DNA of 64,000 nucleotides, from the NCBI GenBank assembly GCA_964514965.1, contig CAZETV010000001.1, forward strand, positions 889,239-953,238, read 5' to 3'. The notes below the pieces were generated by a model. That model saw only the letters and a program-made list of their open reading frames with translations, was not told the DNA's origin and did not search any database. The translations under genes were made by a program, and so were the position numbers. This document shows positions 10,731 through 19,713 of the stretch, in pieces. Origin of the DNA: Candidatus Hadarchaeota archaeon. Its GTDB lineage: Archaea; Hadarchaeota; Hadarchaeia; Hadarchaeales; Hadarchaeaceae. Position 1 is the first letter of the stretch. Each line of letters begins with the position of its first letter.

Positions 10731-11669
10731 TCACTGTTGTGACAAGGAGAGAATCTGCATACGTGTATCGGAAAGTTTTCGCGCGATGAGTTCCGCTACC
10801 TTCATCATCACCAGATATCCTCGATGGTGATTTTTTTTGAAGATTTTATCTACCAATTCATCAGCGACAATAGTAACAACTTTTGCCTTGTCCAAACAGC
10901 GCGCGTGAGTAGTGAACTTGCGAGTGCGAAGTAGAGAGGGATAGCCAAAAAGCCTACCTTTGGTCATCGTATAGACGGAAATTCTCTTTCCAGGGTAAAT
11001 TTCTATTTCGATGGAAACCCTTCCTTCCAGGGACATGTATATTTTTTCTGCTTTGTCCCCCTCTTTGAAAATCAAGTCCCCCTGTTCGAACTCCTCGACT
11101 TTTGCCAGTTTGGCAATGTCTTTCAGTTCTTCCAATGTTAAAAACTCAAAAATATCCATTTCCTTCAAAATTTCCGGTTTCACTGCCATCTTACCCTCTT
11201 CTTGATTGTTTATTTCTTTTAAAACTTTTTCGGCTAGAGTAGGCAATTTTTTTTCGATGGTTTTGCTCAATCTGTCGCCCCATGAAACTTTCTTTGGTTG
11301 TATGCCGACAATTCTCACATTTTTAAAATCGTAACCAATTTTCTTCCCCACCTTGATGACATCGATTAAATCAATTTCATGTAGTGAAAATTTCTCGCTG
11401 CTTGGCATGGCGAGGATCTGCTCGGCGTCAAAGCTAGCAATATAGCCTGGTTCTTTTCCCATATCCGCGGCGTCTACTAGCACTACCTTTTCAAAGCCCT
11501 TCATCTCTTCCAGAAACTCGAATCCAAAAATAGCCCCATCTACAAGTTTTATCTTATTATCTAGGACTCTGCTCTTCAAGTACTCCACACATCTTATGCC
11601 CACACCTTCATCTTTCAGTAGGATATTTCCTAGGCCGACGATGAGTTTGCGCTCATTCAACGAAATCAA
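10731..11669 (-). CDS. Hydrogenase maturation endopeptidase (HycI/HybD family) fused to a C-terminal cyclic-nucleotide-binding (CAP-like) domain
   Basis: N-terminal 155 aa carry protease motifs (LIVGLGNILLKDEGVGI, VVLVDAADMG, SLHEIDL); C-terminal 150 aa carry a cNMP-binding beta-roll signature (FKEGDKAEKIYMSLEGRVSIE...KGRLFGYPSLL). Single uninterrupted ORF directly downstream of the hydrogenase large subunit. Confidence 0.7.
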   Translation of the reverse strand: MISLNERKLIVGLGNILLKDEGVGIRCVEYLKSRVLDNKIKLVDGAIFGFEFLEEMKGFEKVVLVDAADMGKEPGYIASFDAEQILAMPSSEKFSLHEIDLIDVIKVGKKIGYDFKNVRIVGIQPKKVSWGDRLSKTIEKKLPTLAEKVLKEINNQEEGKMAVKPEILKEMDIFEFLTLEELKDIAKLAKVEEFEQGDLIFKEGDKAEKIYMSLEGRVSIEIEIYPGKRISVYTMTKGRLFGYPSLLRTRKFTTHARCLDKAKVVTIVADELVDKIFKKNHHRGYLVMMKVAELIARKLSDTRMQILSLSQQ

Positions 11670-12984
11670 CTTTCAGCATGTGGGTTGAACATGAAATGCA
11701 TGGGTCATAAGCTCTGACTAGCATCTCCAATAAACGGGTGATCTCCTTTTTTGGTTTGTCTAGTATCTCCGGTACCAATCTCCGAATATCTCCTTCAATG
11801 TTGGCTAGATTTTGTGCCGTTGGAATGATGCAGTTCGCCGATTCGATTAGACCGCGATCATTAAGTTTGTACTCGTGGATTAGGAGCCCTCTAGGGGCCT
11901 CAACTATGCCTACACCCCAACTCCTTTTTATGTTGGGAAGTTTTACTGACCAACCTGCGATTGGCGGCCGTTTTTCCCTCTCATCCTTTATCCCCTGCGA
12001 TAATAACTCCTCAATCAATTCTACCATGGACTCCAGACAATGTACGAGTTCAACTATTTGGGCGAAAGTTATGTGGTAAGGATTATAGCTTAGGGTCTCC
12101 AATCCAAGTTCCTCCGCTGTTTCCCTCGCCTTTGGCGTCAGTTGCTTGAAGTTGTTGTTGAATCTGGAAAGGGCACCCACCATATACGGTTTCATAGGGC
12201 CTAATGCATGCTTTGCTGTGGAATAATCTACGACATTTTCGCGTATCTTGTGTTTGTAGTCTCTCTGTTGATATTTGTCAGTTTCAGAAGATTTTATCGT
12301 CCCATCGTAGAATGCGTACTCATCGGGGTGGGTAAAACAAACGTAGTCGGTTTTCCTTTCGAATTGGGGGGCTTTAAATTTAGAGAAAAATTTGACTGTA
12401 CTTGGAACATCTTTTTCTAAAAATTGTTTTATTTTGGAGAGTAGTTCCCGCATTTGGTCATTGGTCACCAAGTTAGTGAAGCCGTCCACGGTCATGGAGA
12501 TAGGATGTGTATGTCGACCCACAATTGTATCACAGATATCGTGGGCAAGTTTTTTCCAGCTGATGCCTGTTTTCACAACCTCTGGAGAGGTAGAAGCTAG
12601 GGGGATTATTGAGTGTGTTCCAACAAAATCTGGGGCAGCGAGGAAGAAGCAGTGGAGGGCATGAGAATCCATAATTTCTGCAGCTGTTAGAATTTTCCTC
12701 AAGGTCTCCGTTTGCCAAGTGGGTTTAATGCCAAGTGCATCTTCAATTGCCTTTATGGAGGCATTCGTGTGTGATATAGAACAGATGCCACAAATACGGC
12801 TGACGATGTGAACAGCTTCAGAAAAACGCCGGCCGGCCAGCATCGCTTCAAAAAAGCGAGGTGACTCGGCAATTTCGAGTTTGACCTCTTTCAACTCCCC
12901 TCTTTTTACATCTACAACGATGTTCCCGTGACCTTCAATTCTGGCGATATGATGGACATGAACGTTGATGTCTTTTCTACTCAT
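11653..12984 (-). CDS. hydA: [NiFe] hydrogenase large (alpha) subunit, sulfhydrogenase-like (group 3b-type)
   Basis: N-terminal RxCGxCxxxH motif (RICGICSISH) and C-terminal DPCxxCxxH motif (DPCISCSTH). Confidence 0.85.
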   Translation of the reverse strand: MSRKDINVHVHHIARIEGHGNIVVDVKRGELKEVKLEIAESPRFFEAMLAGRRFSEAVHIVSRICGICSISHTNASIKAIEDALGIKPTWQTETLRKILTAAEIMDSHALHCFFLAAPDFVGTHSIIPLASTSPEVVKTGISWKKLAHDICDTIVGRHTHPISMTVDGFTNLVTNDQMRELLSKIKQFLEKDVPSTVKFFSKFKAPQFERKTDYVCFTHPDEYAFYDGTIKSSETDKYQQRDYKHKIRENVVDYSTAKHALGPMKPYMVGALSRFNNNFKQLTPKARETAEELGLETLSYNPYHITFAQIVELVHCLESMVELIEELLSQGIKDEREKRPPIAGWSVKLPNIKRSWGVGIVEAPRGLLIHEYKLNDRGLIESANCIIPTAQNLANIEGDIRRLVPEILDKPKKEITRLLEMLVRAYDPCISCSTHMLKVDFVE

Positions 12985-13730
12985 CTTACCAACCCACTCA
13001 ACCCGTTGTACATACGATAAAACCTCAACTTATCTTCGGCGGATATTCCATATTTCTCCAAGACCTCTTCGAAAGCGTCCAAATTGGGGTCGGGGATTGG
13101 TCCTCGACATCCTTCACAAGCATTCCCCACAGATGGACAGGCCGCCCCGCAGCCTGCTCTCGTTATCGGTCCCATGCAAACAATAGGGTTCGGTTTATGG
13201 TATAGGCAGACGTTTCCTTTCATTTTACACTCAACGCAGATAGGATAATCCGGGACAAAAGGTTTCGTGCCGTTTAAAAGGGAGGCTGTGACACGCAAAA
13301 ACTCCTTTTTATCGATGGGACACTCCGGGATAAAGTAATCCACCTTAATGATCGCATCGACAGGCTGGGCCAATATGGAATCAAAAACCCATGCCTTGTC
13401 CCCGTAGACCCTCTTTCTGATCTCTAGCTGATTGTGAAAGTTTTTAATGGCGTTGATTCCAGCGATATGAGCGCATGCGCCCAATGCCACACATATTTTC
13501 GCCCTCTTTCTAATTTTCCTGACCCTCTCTATATCTTGAGAAGTAGAGATCGAACCTTCGATGAAAGCAATATCGTAATCCTGTCCCTTGTAACTAGATG
13601 CCTCACGAAAGTTTACTATATCCACCGATTCGAATAGGTCCAGAAGTTTTTCTCCTAAGGAAAGGACGGTCAACTGGCAACCTTCGCAGCAGGTGAAGTC
13701 AAAAAATGCCACTTTTGGTTTCTTCATCAT
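12981..13730 (-). CDS. hydD: [NiFe] hydrogenase small (delta) subunit
   Basis: 249 aa with proximal cluster cysteines (FFDFTCCEGCQL) and further Cys ligands. Confidence 0.8.
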   Translation of the reverse strand: MMKKPKVAFFDFTCCEGCQLTVLSLGEKLLDLFESVDIVNFREASSYKGQDYDIAFIEGSISTSQDIERVRKIRKRAKICVALGACAHIAGINAIKNFHNQLEIRKRVYGDKAWVFDSILAQPVDAIIKVDYFIPECPIDKKEFLRVTASLLNGTKPFVPDYPICVECKMKGNVCLYHKPNPIVCMGPITRAGCGAACPSVGNACEGCRGPIPDPNLDAFEEVLEKYGISAEDKLRFYRMYNGLSGLVR

Positions 13731-14542
13731 ATAGCCTCTGGCAAATTTTTAATTTGATTGTAGTTGAAAACTGGGCCATCTTGACAAACATAGATGTTGT
13801 TGATTTGGCAATGCCCGCATTTTCCTACTCCACATTTCATCTTGCGCTCCAATGATATCCAGATGTTTTCATCAGGAACTTTGCGATTTTTCAGTTCCCT
13901 GATGACAAAGCGATACATGACTGGTGGGCCGACAATGGCCGCTTGGGTTTTTCTAGGATCGAACTGAATATGGGGGAAAAGGTTGGTGATGACCCCTACG
14001 TTGCCCTGCCATGTTTCGTCTCCGACATCAACCGTTACATGATACTCGACATCATCTCTTTCTTCCCAGCTATTCAACTCCTCTTTGAAAAGAAGTTCCT
14101 GTGGTCTCCTCGAACCGTAGAGGATGTAGACTTTTCCATAATCTTCTCTGGAATTTAAAACGGTCCAGATGAAAGAACGAAGGGGGGCCAGCCCAAGCCC
14201 TCCTGCTATGAAGAGTATGTCTTTTCCCTTGAAATACTTAAGTTCAAACCCTTTACCGAAAGGACCTCGAATTCCAATTTTATCTCCTGATTTCCTGCTG
14301 TGCAGAGCTCTGGTGACATTCCCAATCGCCCGTACACATAGTTGAAATGTCGGTAAGCTGGAGGGAGCGGACGAGATGGAGATGGGAGCCTCTCCAACGC
14401 CAAAAACCGATACCTCCACAAATTGTCCTGGCTGATAGTTGAGATTTTTTCCTGACAGAAGCTCGATTTCAAACAAACGTTCCGTTTTGGTAAGTTGTTC
14501 TATTTTGTTTATTCTTGCTATCTCGGGCGCATAGATCGTCAT
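13727..14542 (-). CDS. hydG: Hydrogenase gamma subunit (FAD/NAD(P)-binding with 2Fe-2S)
   Basis: 271 aa ferredoxin-NADP-reductase-like fold with C-terminal Cys cluster (CGVGKCGHCQ). Confidence 0.75.
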   Translation of the reverse strand: MTIYAPEIARINKIEQLTKTERLFEIELLSGKNLNYQPGQFVEVSVFGVGEAPISISSAPSSLPTFQLCVRAIGNVTRALHSRKSGDKIGIRGPFGKGFELKYFKGKDILFIAGGLGLAPLRSFIWTVLNSREDYGKVYILYGSRRPQELLFKEELNSWEERDDVEYHVTVDVGDETWQGNVGVITNLFPHIQFDPRKTQAAIVGPPVMYRFVIRELKNRKVPDENIWISLERKMKCGVGKCGHCQINNIYVCQDGPVFNYNQIKNLPEAI

Positions 14543-15633
14543 ATCCGCTTCCTCTTCTCATAAAGTTCATTTTCGATGTCTAAAGGATCAACAATCTTCG
14601 TTAAGCAAGCTTTTCCACATCTTCCACATCCAGTGCAAAAAGACTTCCCCCATTTTTCAAAAAGGTACCAGTCCTTCCGGTTGGTTCTGTGACGCAATCG
14701 AGTACCCCTTTCTTCTCTGAATATCTCTCCTGAGGCCACCCTAGTGAAATCGGTAAGAAGACAACCGTCCCAGAAGCGAGAACGATTCCCCCGCTTCAAG
14801 TTTAACTCGATATAATCTCTTACATCAAAGCAGTAACAGGTGGGGCAGACCATGTTGCAAGACCCGCAGTTGAAACACTTTGCTCCATGCTCATCCCATA
14901 CACGGCTGTCGTAATTTTCTTTCAGTAGCTTGGGTAGGTCTTCAAGTTTGGGCTTAAGCTTTCGCTGCTGTTTATTAAAGAAATTGTCTCTTCTCCTTCG
15001 GATTTTTCCCAATTCCTTGGCATCTGATCGGGTCGCTTTTTTAGCAATCCCAGAAATAAGAGATTCTCCTCTTTTGGAACCTACTTCTACAAAGAAGTTG
15101 TCCCCCATATCGGTTAAGAAAAGGTCAAACCCCTCCCGCGGAAGTACGGACCCCTTGCGGTAGCAGAATGACTCTGGGGAGCAGGGGAGGAGACATTCCG
15201 CTCCGATTATAGTTAGATACCCCCGCTTCTTGAGATAATTTTCATCCAAATTTTTTTCCGAGAAAACTTTATCCAAAAGTGCAGTTCCATTTATGTCGCA
15301 AGGATGGATCCCGAGTAAAATCACCGGTTTTGCATCCATCTTGGCCTCTACCTTGACCTCATCGTCAACTTCGTATTCGGTCAATTCTTCTTCTTGTGGG
15401 AAAAGAAAAGTTTTTGGAGGGATGACTGTTTGAGGACCTTCCCAGAGAATCTCTTTCGTGGACTTTATCGGTTTAAAATTAGCTTGATTTTCCTGCTTCA
15501 CGGGGGCTACTACTTCTTTTCCGTCTCTAATTATTCTATCAATTAACTTTAAAAAATCTTTTTTGGTTATCGAATATTTCCCCATTTTTTCACCATTCTG
15601 GATTTCCAAATTCACTGCTATCCAAGCCATCAC
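14539..15633 (-). CDS. hydB: Hydrogenase beta subunit (iron-sulfur)
   Basis: 364 aa with multiple 4Fe-4S Cys motifs (CFNCGSCNMVCPTCYC, CTGCGRCGKAC). Confidence 0.75.
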   Translation of the reverse strand: MMAWIAVNLEIQNGEKMGKYSITKKDFLKLIDRIIRDGKEVVAPVKQENQANFKPIKSTKEILWEGPQTVIPPKTFLFPQEEELTEYEVDDEVKVEAKMDAKPVILLGIHPCDINGTALLDKVFSEKNLDENYLKKRGYLTIIGAECLLPCSPESFCYRKGSVLPREGFDLFLTDMGDNFFVEVGSKRGESLISGIAKKATRSDAKELGKIRRRRDNFFNKQQRKLKPKLEDLPKLLKENYDSRVWDEHGAKCFNCGSCNMVCPTCYCFDVRDYIELNLKRGNRSRFWDGCLLTDFTRVASGEIFREERGTRLRHRTNRKDWYLFEKWGKSFCTGCGRCGKACLTKIVDPLDIENELYEKRKRI

Positions 15634-15657
15634 CTTTATCAGGCTTATTTAATTAAT

Positions 15658-15672
15658 TATCGTATCGATAAT
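15658..15672. promoter_or_regulatory. Inverted repeat TTATCG-N3-CGATAA upstream of the hydrogenase operon
   Basis: Perfect 6-bp half-sites separated by 3 nt, about 25-40 bp upstream of the hydB start in an AT-rich intergenic region; a candidate operator or promoter element. Confidence 0.2.
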
Positions 15673-15847
15673 TTCTTGTTGAATCGCAATTCATGTTTAA
15701 TATTCCCCCGATAGAGAAATTTTTGTCCATGTTAAACCTTTTCGTTCTTTAATTAAGCAGCTCCAGCATTTGAAGTGCAAGTTAGTTTGTAATAGGCGTC
15801 GCGAAAGGAGTTGCCTTTCTTTTTCGAATTTAAGAGTGCAGATAGAA

Positions 15848-16114
15848 TTATCCCATCTTGTAGACGAGATCACCTTCACGCACGCGCTCTTGGACTCTCA
15901 ACCCAATTGATTGCCCCGCGCCAGCGCTCTGCACTTTTTCGTGCTCAATCTGTATTGAATCCACCGTCTGTTGGATATTGGTCGTCGCGCCTTCAATCGA
16001 TATTTTATCGCCTACTTTGACCTCGTCACTTAGGTCCACGACTCCAACCCCTATCTTTGTAAAGTAGTGGGATATTTTACCCACGAGTTTCTTCTCAACG
16101 GGTGCTTCTTCCAT
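15848..16114 (-). CDS. Hypothetical small protein (88 aa)
   Basis: ORF between the cbiO end and the hydrogenase operon; no diagnostic motif recognised. Confidence 0.35.
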   Translation of the reverse strand: MEEAPVEKKLVGKISHYFTKIGVGVVDLSDEVKVGDKISIEGATTNIQQTVDSIQIEHEKVQSAGAGQSIGLRVQERVREGDLVYKMG

Positions 16115-16202
16115 TCAATTCACCAGATTAAGATAAGTTGACCCTAATTTATGCCTTTTCCTCTTCCACCAGTTGACTTTAGTATCGACAATTGAGGGTC
16201 TC

Positions 16203-16877
16203 TCATTTGAAAATCTCACTTTTTTTGCCAATTTCCTTTACGATTTTTCCATCATTGATCAGATAAGTTCGGTTACATATTTTCATTAAATCTAAATCAT
16301 GTCCTGCCACTACCATCGTGTGGTGTTTTTTAAGTTCTTTTAAAAGTTTCATAAACTCTTTTTTTATCCAAGGGTCGAGAGCCAATGTTGGCTCATCAAG
16401 AACCAAAATCTCAGGCTTCATGGAGAGTACGGTTGCTATTGCGACTCTTTTCTTTTCCCCGTAGCTTAAGTGATGCGAGCTTCGGTTTTCTAACCTTTCA
16501 AGACCCACAGCTTTTAGTGCTTTTCTAACTCTCCTTTTTACTTCCCATTCACTGAGCCCCATATTTACTGGCCCAAACGCGACATCTTCGAAAACCGTCG
16601 GCATGAACATTTGGTCATCTGGATTTTGGAACACAAGCCCCACTTTGCTTCTGACTTCCCTTGTTTTTTTGCGTAAATCCATCCCGATAACGCGTACACG
16701 ACCTCTTTGTGGCTGTAGGATGCCGTTTAAGTGAAGAAGAAGAGTAGATTTTCCTGAGCCGTTGGGGCCTATTAAGCATATGCTCTCCTCTCTTTCGATA
16801 TCTAGGTTAATGCCATGTAACGCTTTCGTACCATCAGGATAGGTGTAGTGCAGATTTTTTATTTCAATAGCTTTCAT
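16203..16877 (-). CDS. cbiO: ECF/CbiO-type ABC transporter ATPase (cobalt/nickel)
   Basis: Walker A (GPNGSGKST), ABC signature (LSYGEKKR) and Walker B (LVLDEP). Confidence 0.8.
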   Translation of the reverse strand: MKAIEIKNLHYTYPDGTKALHGINLDIEREESICLIGPNGSGKSTLLLHLNGILQPQRGRVRVIGMDLRKKTREVRSKVGLVFQNPDDQMFMPTVFEDVAFGPVNMGLSEWEVKRRVRKALKAVGLERLENRSSHHLSYGEKKRVAIATVLSMKPEILVLDEPTLALDPWIKKEFMKLLKELKKHHTMVVAGHDLDLMKICNRTYLINDGKIVKEIGKKSEIFK

Positions 16878-17674
16878 ACCACCACTAATATTAGTATTAG
16901 AAGTAAGAAAAAGCTAGAGAAGAAGAAGGTATCCGATCTCTTGAATTCAAGTTTGTGTGTTAGCTTAATTTCCCCATTGAACCCTCTGGATCGCATTGCA
17001 GTATAAATGCGCTCTCCTCTTTCATAGCTTTTTGCGAACAATGTTCCAATCATGTATCCAAAGAGTTTTACATTTTGTAATCTGCTAAGACTAGGTGCCC
17101 TTGCATCGCGTGCCCTGCGCATTCGCTCGAACTCATCTATAGCGATGAAAATAAAGCGGTACATAAAAGAGAGAATCATTACGAAGATTTTTGGCAGTTT
17201 CAGTCTTTGAAATCCGTTTAGGAGTTTCGGAAACGGGGTTGTTGAAGTAAGAGCGATCATGGCAAGCACACAAAGCCACGATTTTACAAGCACGTTGAGA
17301 AAAATCAACAGGGCTGAGTGGGTTATTCTAAAAATGCCAATATTGTATGATCCAGCTGCGTCACCACCGCCTAAGAACGGCAACCCTATAGCAACGAGCA
17401 GCACAAATGGAACTATCACCGAGGATCTCTTCAGGATAAATCTAAGCGGAACTCGTGAGATTAGGATAATCGAGAAGACTAGTGCCCCGTAAAAGGCGAA
17501 TTTCGGGGCCTGAGTTATTGGAGTGAAAATTACGAAGAAAAGGAAGGAAAAAAGCGCGATTATTTTCACTCTTGGGTCTAAAACATGTATTGAACTATGC
17601 AAATTACTATGCTGGTCTAGAAAATGATGCTTCATATGCTGTTTCAGCGTCTCCGTTTTAAGATTGTACCCCAA
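16874..17674 (-). CDS. cbiQ: Cobalt/nickel ECF transporter transmembrane component CbiQ
   Basis: Multi-TM 266 aa protein translationally coupled to cbiO and cbiN. Confidence 0.7.
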   Translation of the reverse strand: MGYNLKTETLKQHMKHHFLDQHSNLHSSIHVLDPRVKIIALFSFLFFVIFTPITQAPKFAFYGALVFSIILISRVPLRFILKRSSVIVPFVLLVAIGLPFLGGGDAAGSYNIGIFRITHSALLIFLNVLVKSWLCVLAMIALTSTTPFPKLLNGFQRLKLPKIFVMILSFMYRFIFIAIDEFERMRRARDARAPSLSRLQNVKLFGYMIGTLFAKSYERGERIYTAMRSRGFNGEIKLTHKLEFKRSDTFFFSSFFLLLILILVVV

Positions 17675-17937
17675 CCCAGAGTTATACCGATAATGATAAA
17701 CACTCCGACTAGACCCGCTAGCGATGTGGCAAGTGCTTTATTTTCAATGCCGGGGATGGCATAGTCAGGCATCGGAGAGTGCATGGCTTCTTGTCCCTCA
17801 GCTTTCTCTGCGAATCCTTGATCCTCTGCAACTCGTTCGAGACCATCTGGCTCGGAGGAGGCGAAAAGCGATAGCACACATGCCATAGAGATCGCGATGA
17901 CAAGTCCGGCGATCCACCATTTTTCTTTGAGTTTCAT
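17644..17937 (-). CDS. cbiN: Cobalt/nickel transport protein CbiN-like small membrane protein
   Basis: 97 aa with two TM helices, located between cbiM and cbiQ. Confidence 0.55.
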   Translation of the reverse strand: MKLKEKWWIAGLVIAISMACVLSLFASSEPDGLERVAEDQGFAEKAEGQEAMHSPMPDYAIPGIENKALATSLAGLVGVFIIIGITLGWGTILKRRR

Positions 17938-17945
17938 TTTTTCAC

Positions 17946-18581
17946 CTAGATTTTTGGTAGCTTCAGCAAGTCTGGCCGCGTCTTTAGGACGAAGCTAATT
18001 ACCGAAATGGTGATGGCGGCCTCGATGATGCCGATTATTACGTGGATTCCTACCATTGCCGGCAGAGCTATCCCAAGAGGCGAAGTTCCTGAAGCTGCTA
18101 ACTCAAATGCGCATGCCGCCGACGCGAGCACCACAGCGATCCAAGCAGCGACGCCAGCTCCAATAATCATGCCTCTGTCCCCTTTCACAGCTTTTTTAAC
18201 ACCCTGGTAGATGAAATAGCCAAGGATGGTGCCAATAAGCCCCATGTTGATGATGTTCGCGCCCATCGTAGTTATCCCTCCATCTTGGAAGAATATTGCT
18301 TGTACACCAAAGATTGACCCCATTACAATCGATCCAGCCAGCGGGCCGACAAAAACAGCGATGAGTACTCCGCCGAGCATATGTCCGCTGGTGCCGCCAG
18401 CTACTGGCACGTTTAACATTTGTGCTGCGAAAATGAATGCTGCTAGCACGCCTAGTAGTGGAACGTGCCTATCTCCAAGTTTTTTATTAGTCCTCCAAAC
18501 TGCGACGACCAGAATCAGCATAGCGACTACCCACAATGGTGCCCATACCGCAACGCTTAGAAATCCATCTGGTATGTGCAT
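17946..18581 (-). CDS. cbiM: Cobalt/nickel ECF transporter substrate-capture component CbiM/NikM
   Basis: Start set to ATG at 18581 giving the N-terminus MHIPDGFLS; the ORF-track start at 18680 would abut the nikR start. Confidence 0.8.
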   Translation of the reverse strand: MHIPDGFLSVAVWAPLWVVAMLILVVAVWRTNKKLGDRHVPLLGVLAAFIFAAQMLNVPVAGGTSGHMLGGVLIAVFVGPLAGSIVMGSIFGVQAIFFQDGGITTMGANIINMGLIGTILGYFIYQGVKKAVKGDRGMIIGAGVAAWIAVVLASAACAFELAASGTSPLGIALPAMVGIHVIIGIIEAAITISVISFVLKTRPDLLKLPKI

Positions 18582-18597
18582 AATGGCCCCATCTGGG

Positions 18598-18627
18598 AGT
18601 AATACTTTTTGGTATAAAAATATTACT
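18598..18627. promoter_or_regulatory. Candidate NikR operator: AGTAATA-N16-TATTACT
   Basis: Perfect 7-bp inverted repeat with 16-bp spacer, in the 97-bp divergent intergenic region between cbiM (start 18581) and nikR (start 18679); the spacer contains a TATA-like GGTATAAAAATA. Confidence 0.45.
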
Positions 18628-18678
18628 GTCATAGATAACTTGAAAAACACTTGGCAACGAAGTTTGCAGGGAGTTGGC

Positions 18679-19083
18679 ATGCCGAAAAAGATAACGCGAG
18701 TGAGCTTGACGTTGCCTCAAGATTTGTTGGATGAGCTCGATTGCTCTCTTAAAGCTCAAGGTTATACAAGTCGTTCGGAGGCGATCCGTGATGCTTTACG
18801 AGATTTTTTGGCGAGCTACAAGTGGCGCAAGGAGCTTAAGGGCGAACGTATCGGGGTCGTAATACTAGTGTACGAGCACGATGTCCGAGGGCTGATTGAC
18901 GCACTCATGGATATCCAGCACGTGAGTTCGAGTATAATAAGCGCAGTCCAGCATTTGCATGTCGACGCCAAAAACTGCTTGGAAACACTGATTGTCAAGG
19001 GCCCCTCAGAGGAGATCCGCAAGCTTGTCGATCGCTTGGGCGCCCTGCGAGGCGTCAAACAGGTCAAGCTGGTGGTTGTTTGA
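18679..19083 (+). CDS. nikR: Nickel-responsive regulator NikR
   Basis: 134 aa; N-terminal ribbon-helix-helix (KITRVSLTLPQDLLDELD...GYTSRSEAIRDALRDFL) plus C-terminal ACT-like metal-binding domain with His/Cys (EHD...HVD..C). Start taken at ATG 18679, not the 285-aa ORF-track extension. Confidence 0.8.
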   Translation: MPKKITRVSLTLPQDLLDELDCSLKAQGYTSRSEAIRDALRDFLASYKWRKELKGERIGVVILVYEHDVRGLIDALMDIQHVSSSIISAVQHLHVDAKNCLETLIVKGPSEEIRKLVDRLGALRGVKQVKLVVV

Positions 19084-19667
19084 AATTAAATGAATTTTTG
19101 GAAAGGCTTAACAACCTCAAGCGAATCTCCCGCACGGGCTGGTTGATTTGCAACGTCCCACTCAGCGAGGTCGAGGATGTGGCGCAGCATACCTTCGACG
19201 TTACGGCAATAACCCTGTTACTTGCCGATGAACTCGAGCGTAAAGGCAAGAAACTTGACAGGGAGCGAGCTCTAAGCATGGCGGTCGTGCACGATTGGGC
19301 TGAGGTCGAAGTCGGAGATTTTCCCTACACGGCGTTGAAATACTTAGGTCCCGCTGGTACGAAGAAACGCATAGAGAGGGGAGTACTTGAGGATATTCTG
19401 AATGGGCTGCCGAATAAAGAAAAATACCTAAAGCTTTGGTTGGAATATAGCGAGAAACGCACTCTCGAGGCTAAGCTCGTTCATGTGGCAGATTATATAT
19501 CAATGCTCGTGCAGGCGGTCAAATATCGTGAGCGAGGCAATCGTTCTAAGGAACTCGATGAGCTTTGGCATGCGGTTCGCAAGGATATCAAGATTTATGG
19601 AAAGGAATTGCCGCCAATAATGGCGTTGATAAAAGAATTTGACAGACGCTATTCTAGTCTCCAATGA
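19080..19667 (+). CDS. HD-domain phosphohydrolase
   Basis: HD motif context (HTFDV...HDWAEVEVGD); TTG start overlapping the nikR stop. Confidence 0.6.
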   Translation: MKLNEFLERLNNLKRISRTGWLICNVPLSEVEDVAQHTFDVTAITLLLADELERKGKKLDRERALSMAVVHDWAEVEVGDFPYTALKYLGPAGTKKRIERGVLEDILNGLPNKEKYLKLWLEYSEKRTLEAKLVHVADYISMLVQAVKYRERGNRSKELDELWHAVRKDIKIYGKELPPIMALIKEFDRRYSSLQ

Positions 19668-19713
19668 ACAAAATTATTTCATTTTTTGGGGCTGGAATTT
19701 CTCACATTTAAGA

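Noticed and set aside
15848-16114. HypC-type hydrogenase maturation chaperone
   Set aside because: The protein lacks the obligatory N-terminal Met-Cys start of HypC; kept as hypothetical.
18226-19083. 285-aa plus-strand ORF overlapping cbiM
   Set aside because: Only the last 134 codons (from ATG 18679) look like NikR; the upstream part is antisense to cbiM, low-complexity (Pro/Thr/Ser-rich) and would leave no room for the cbiM promoter.
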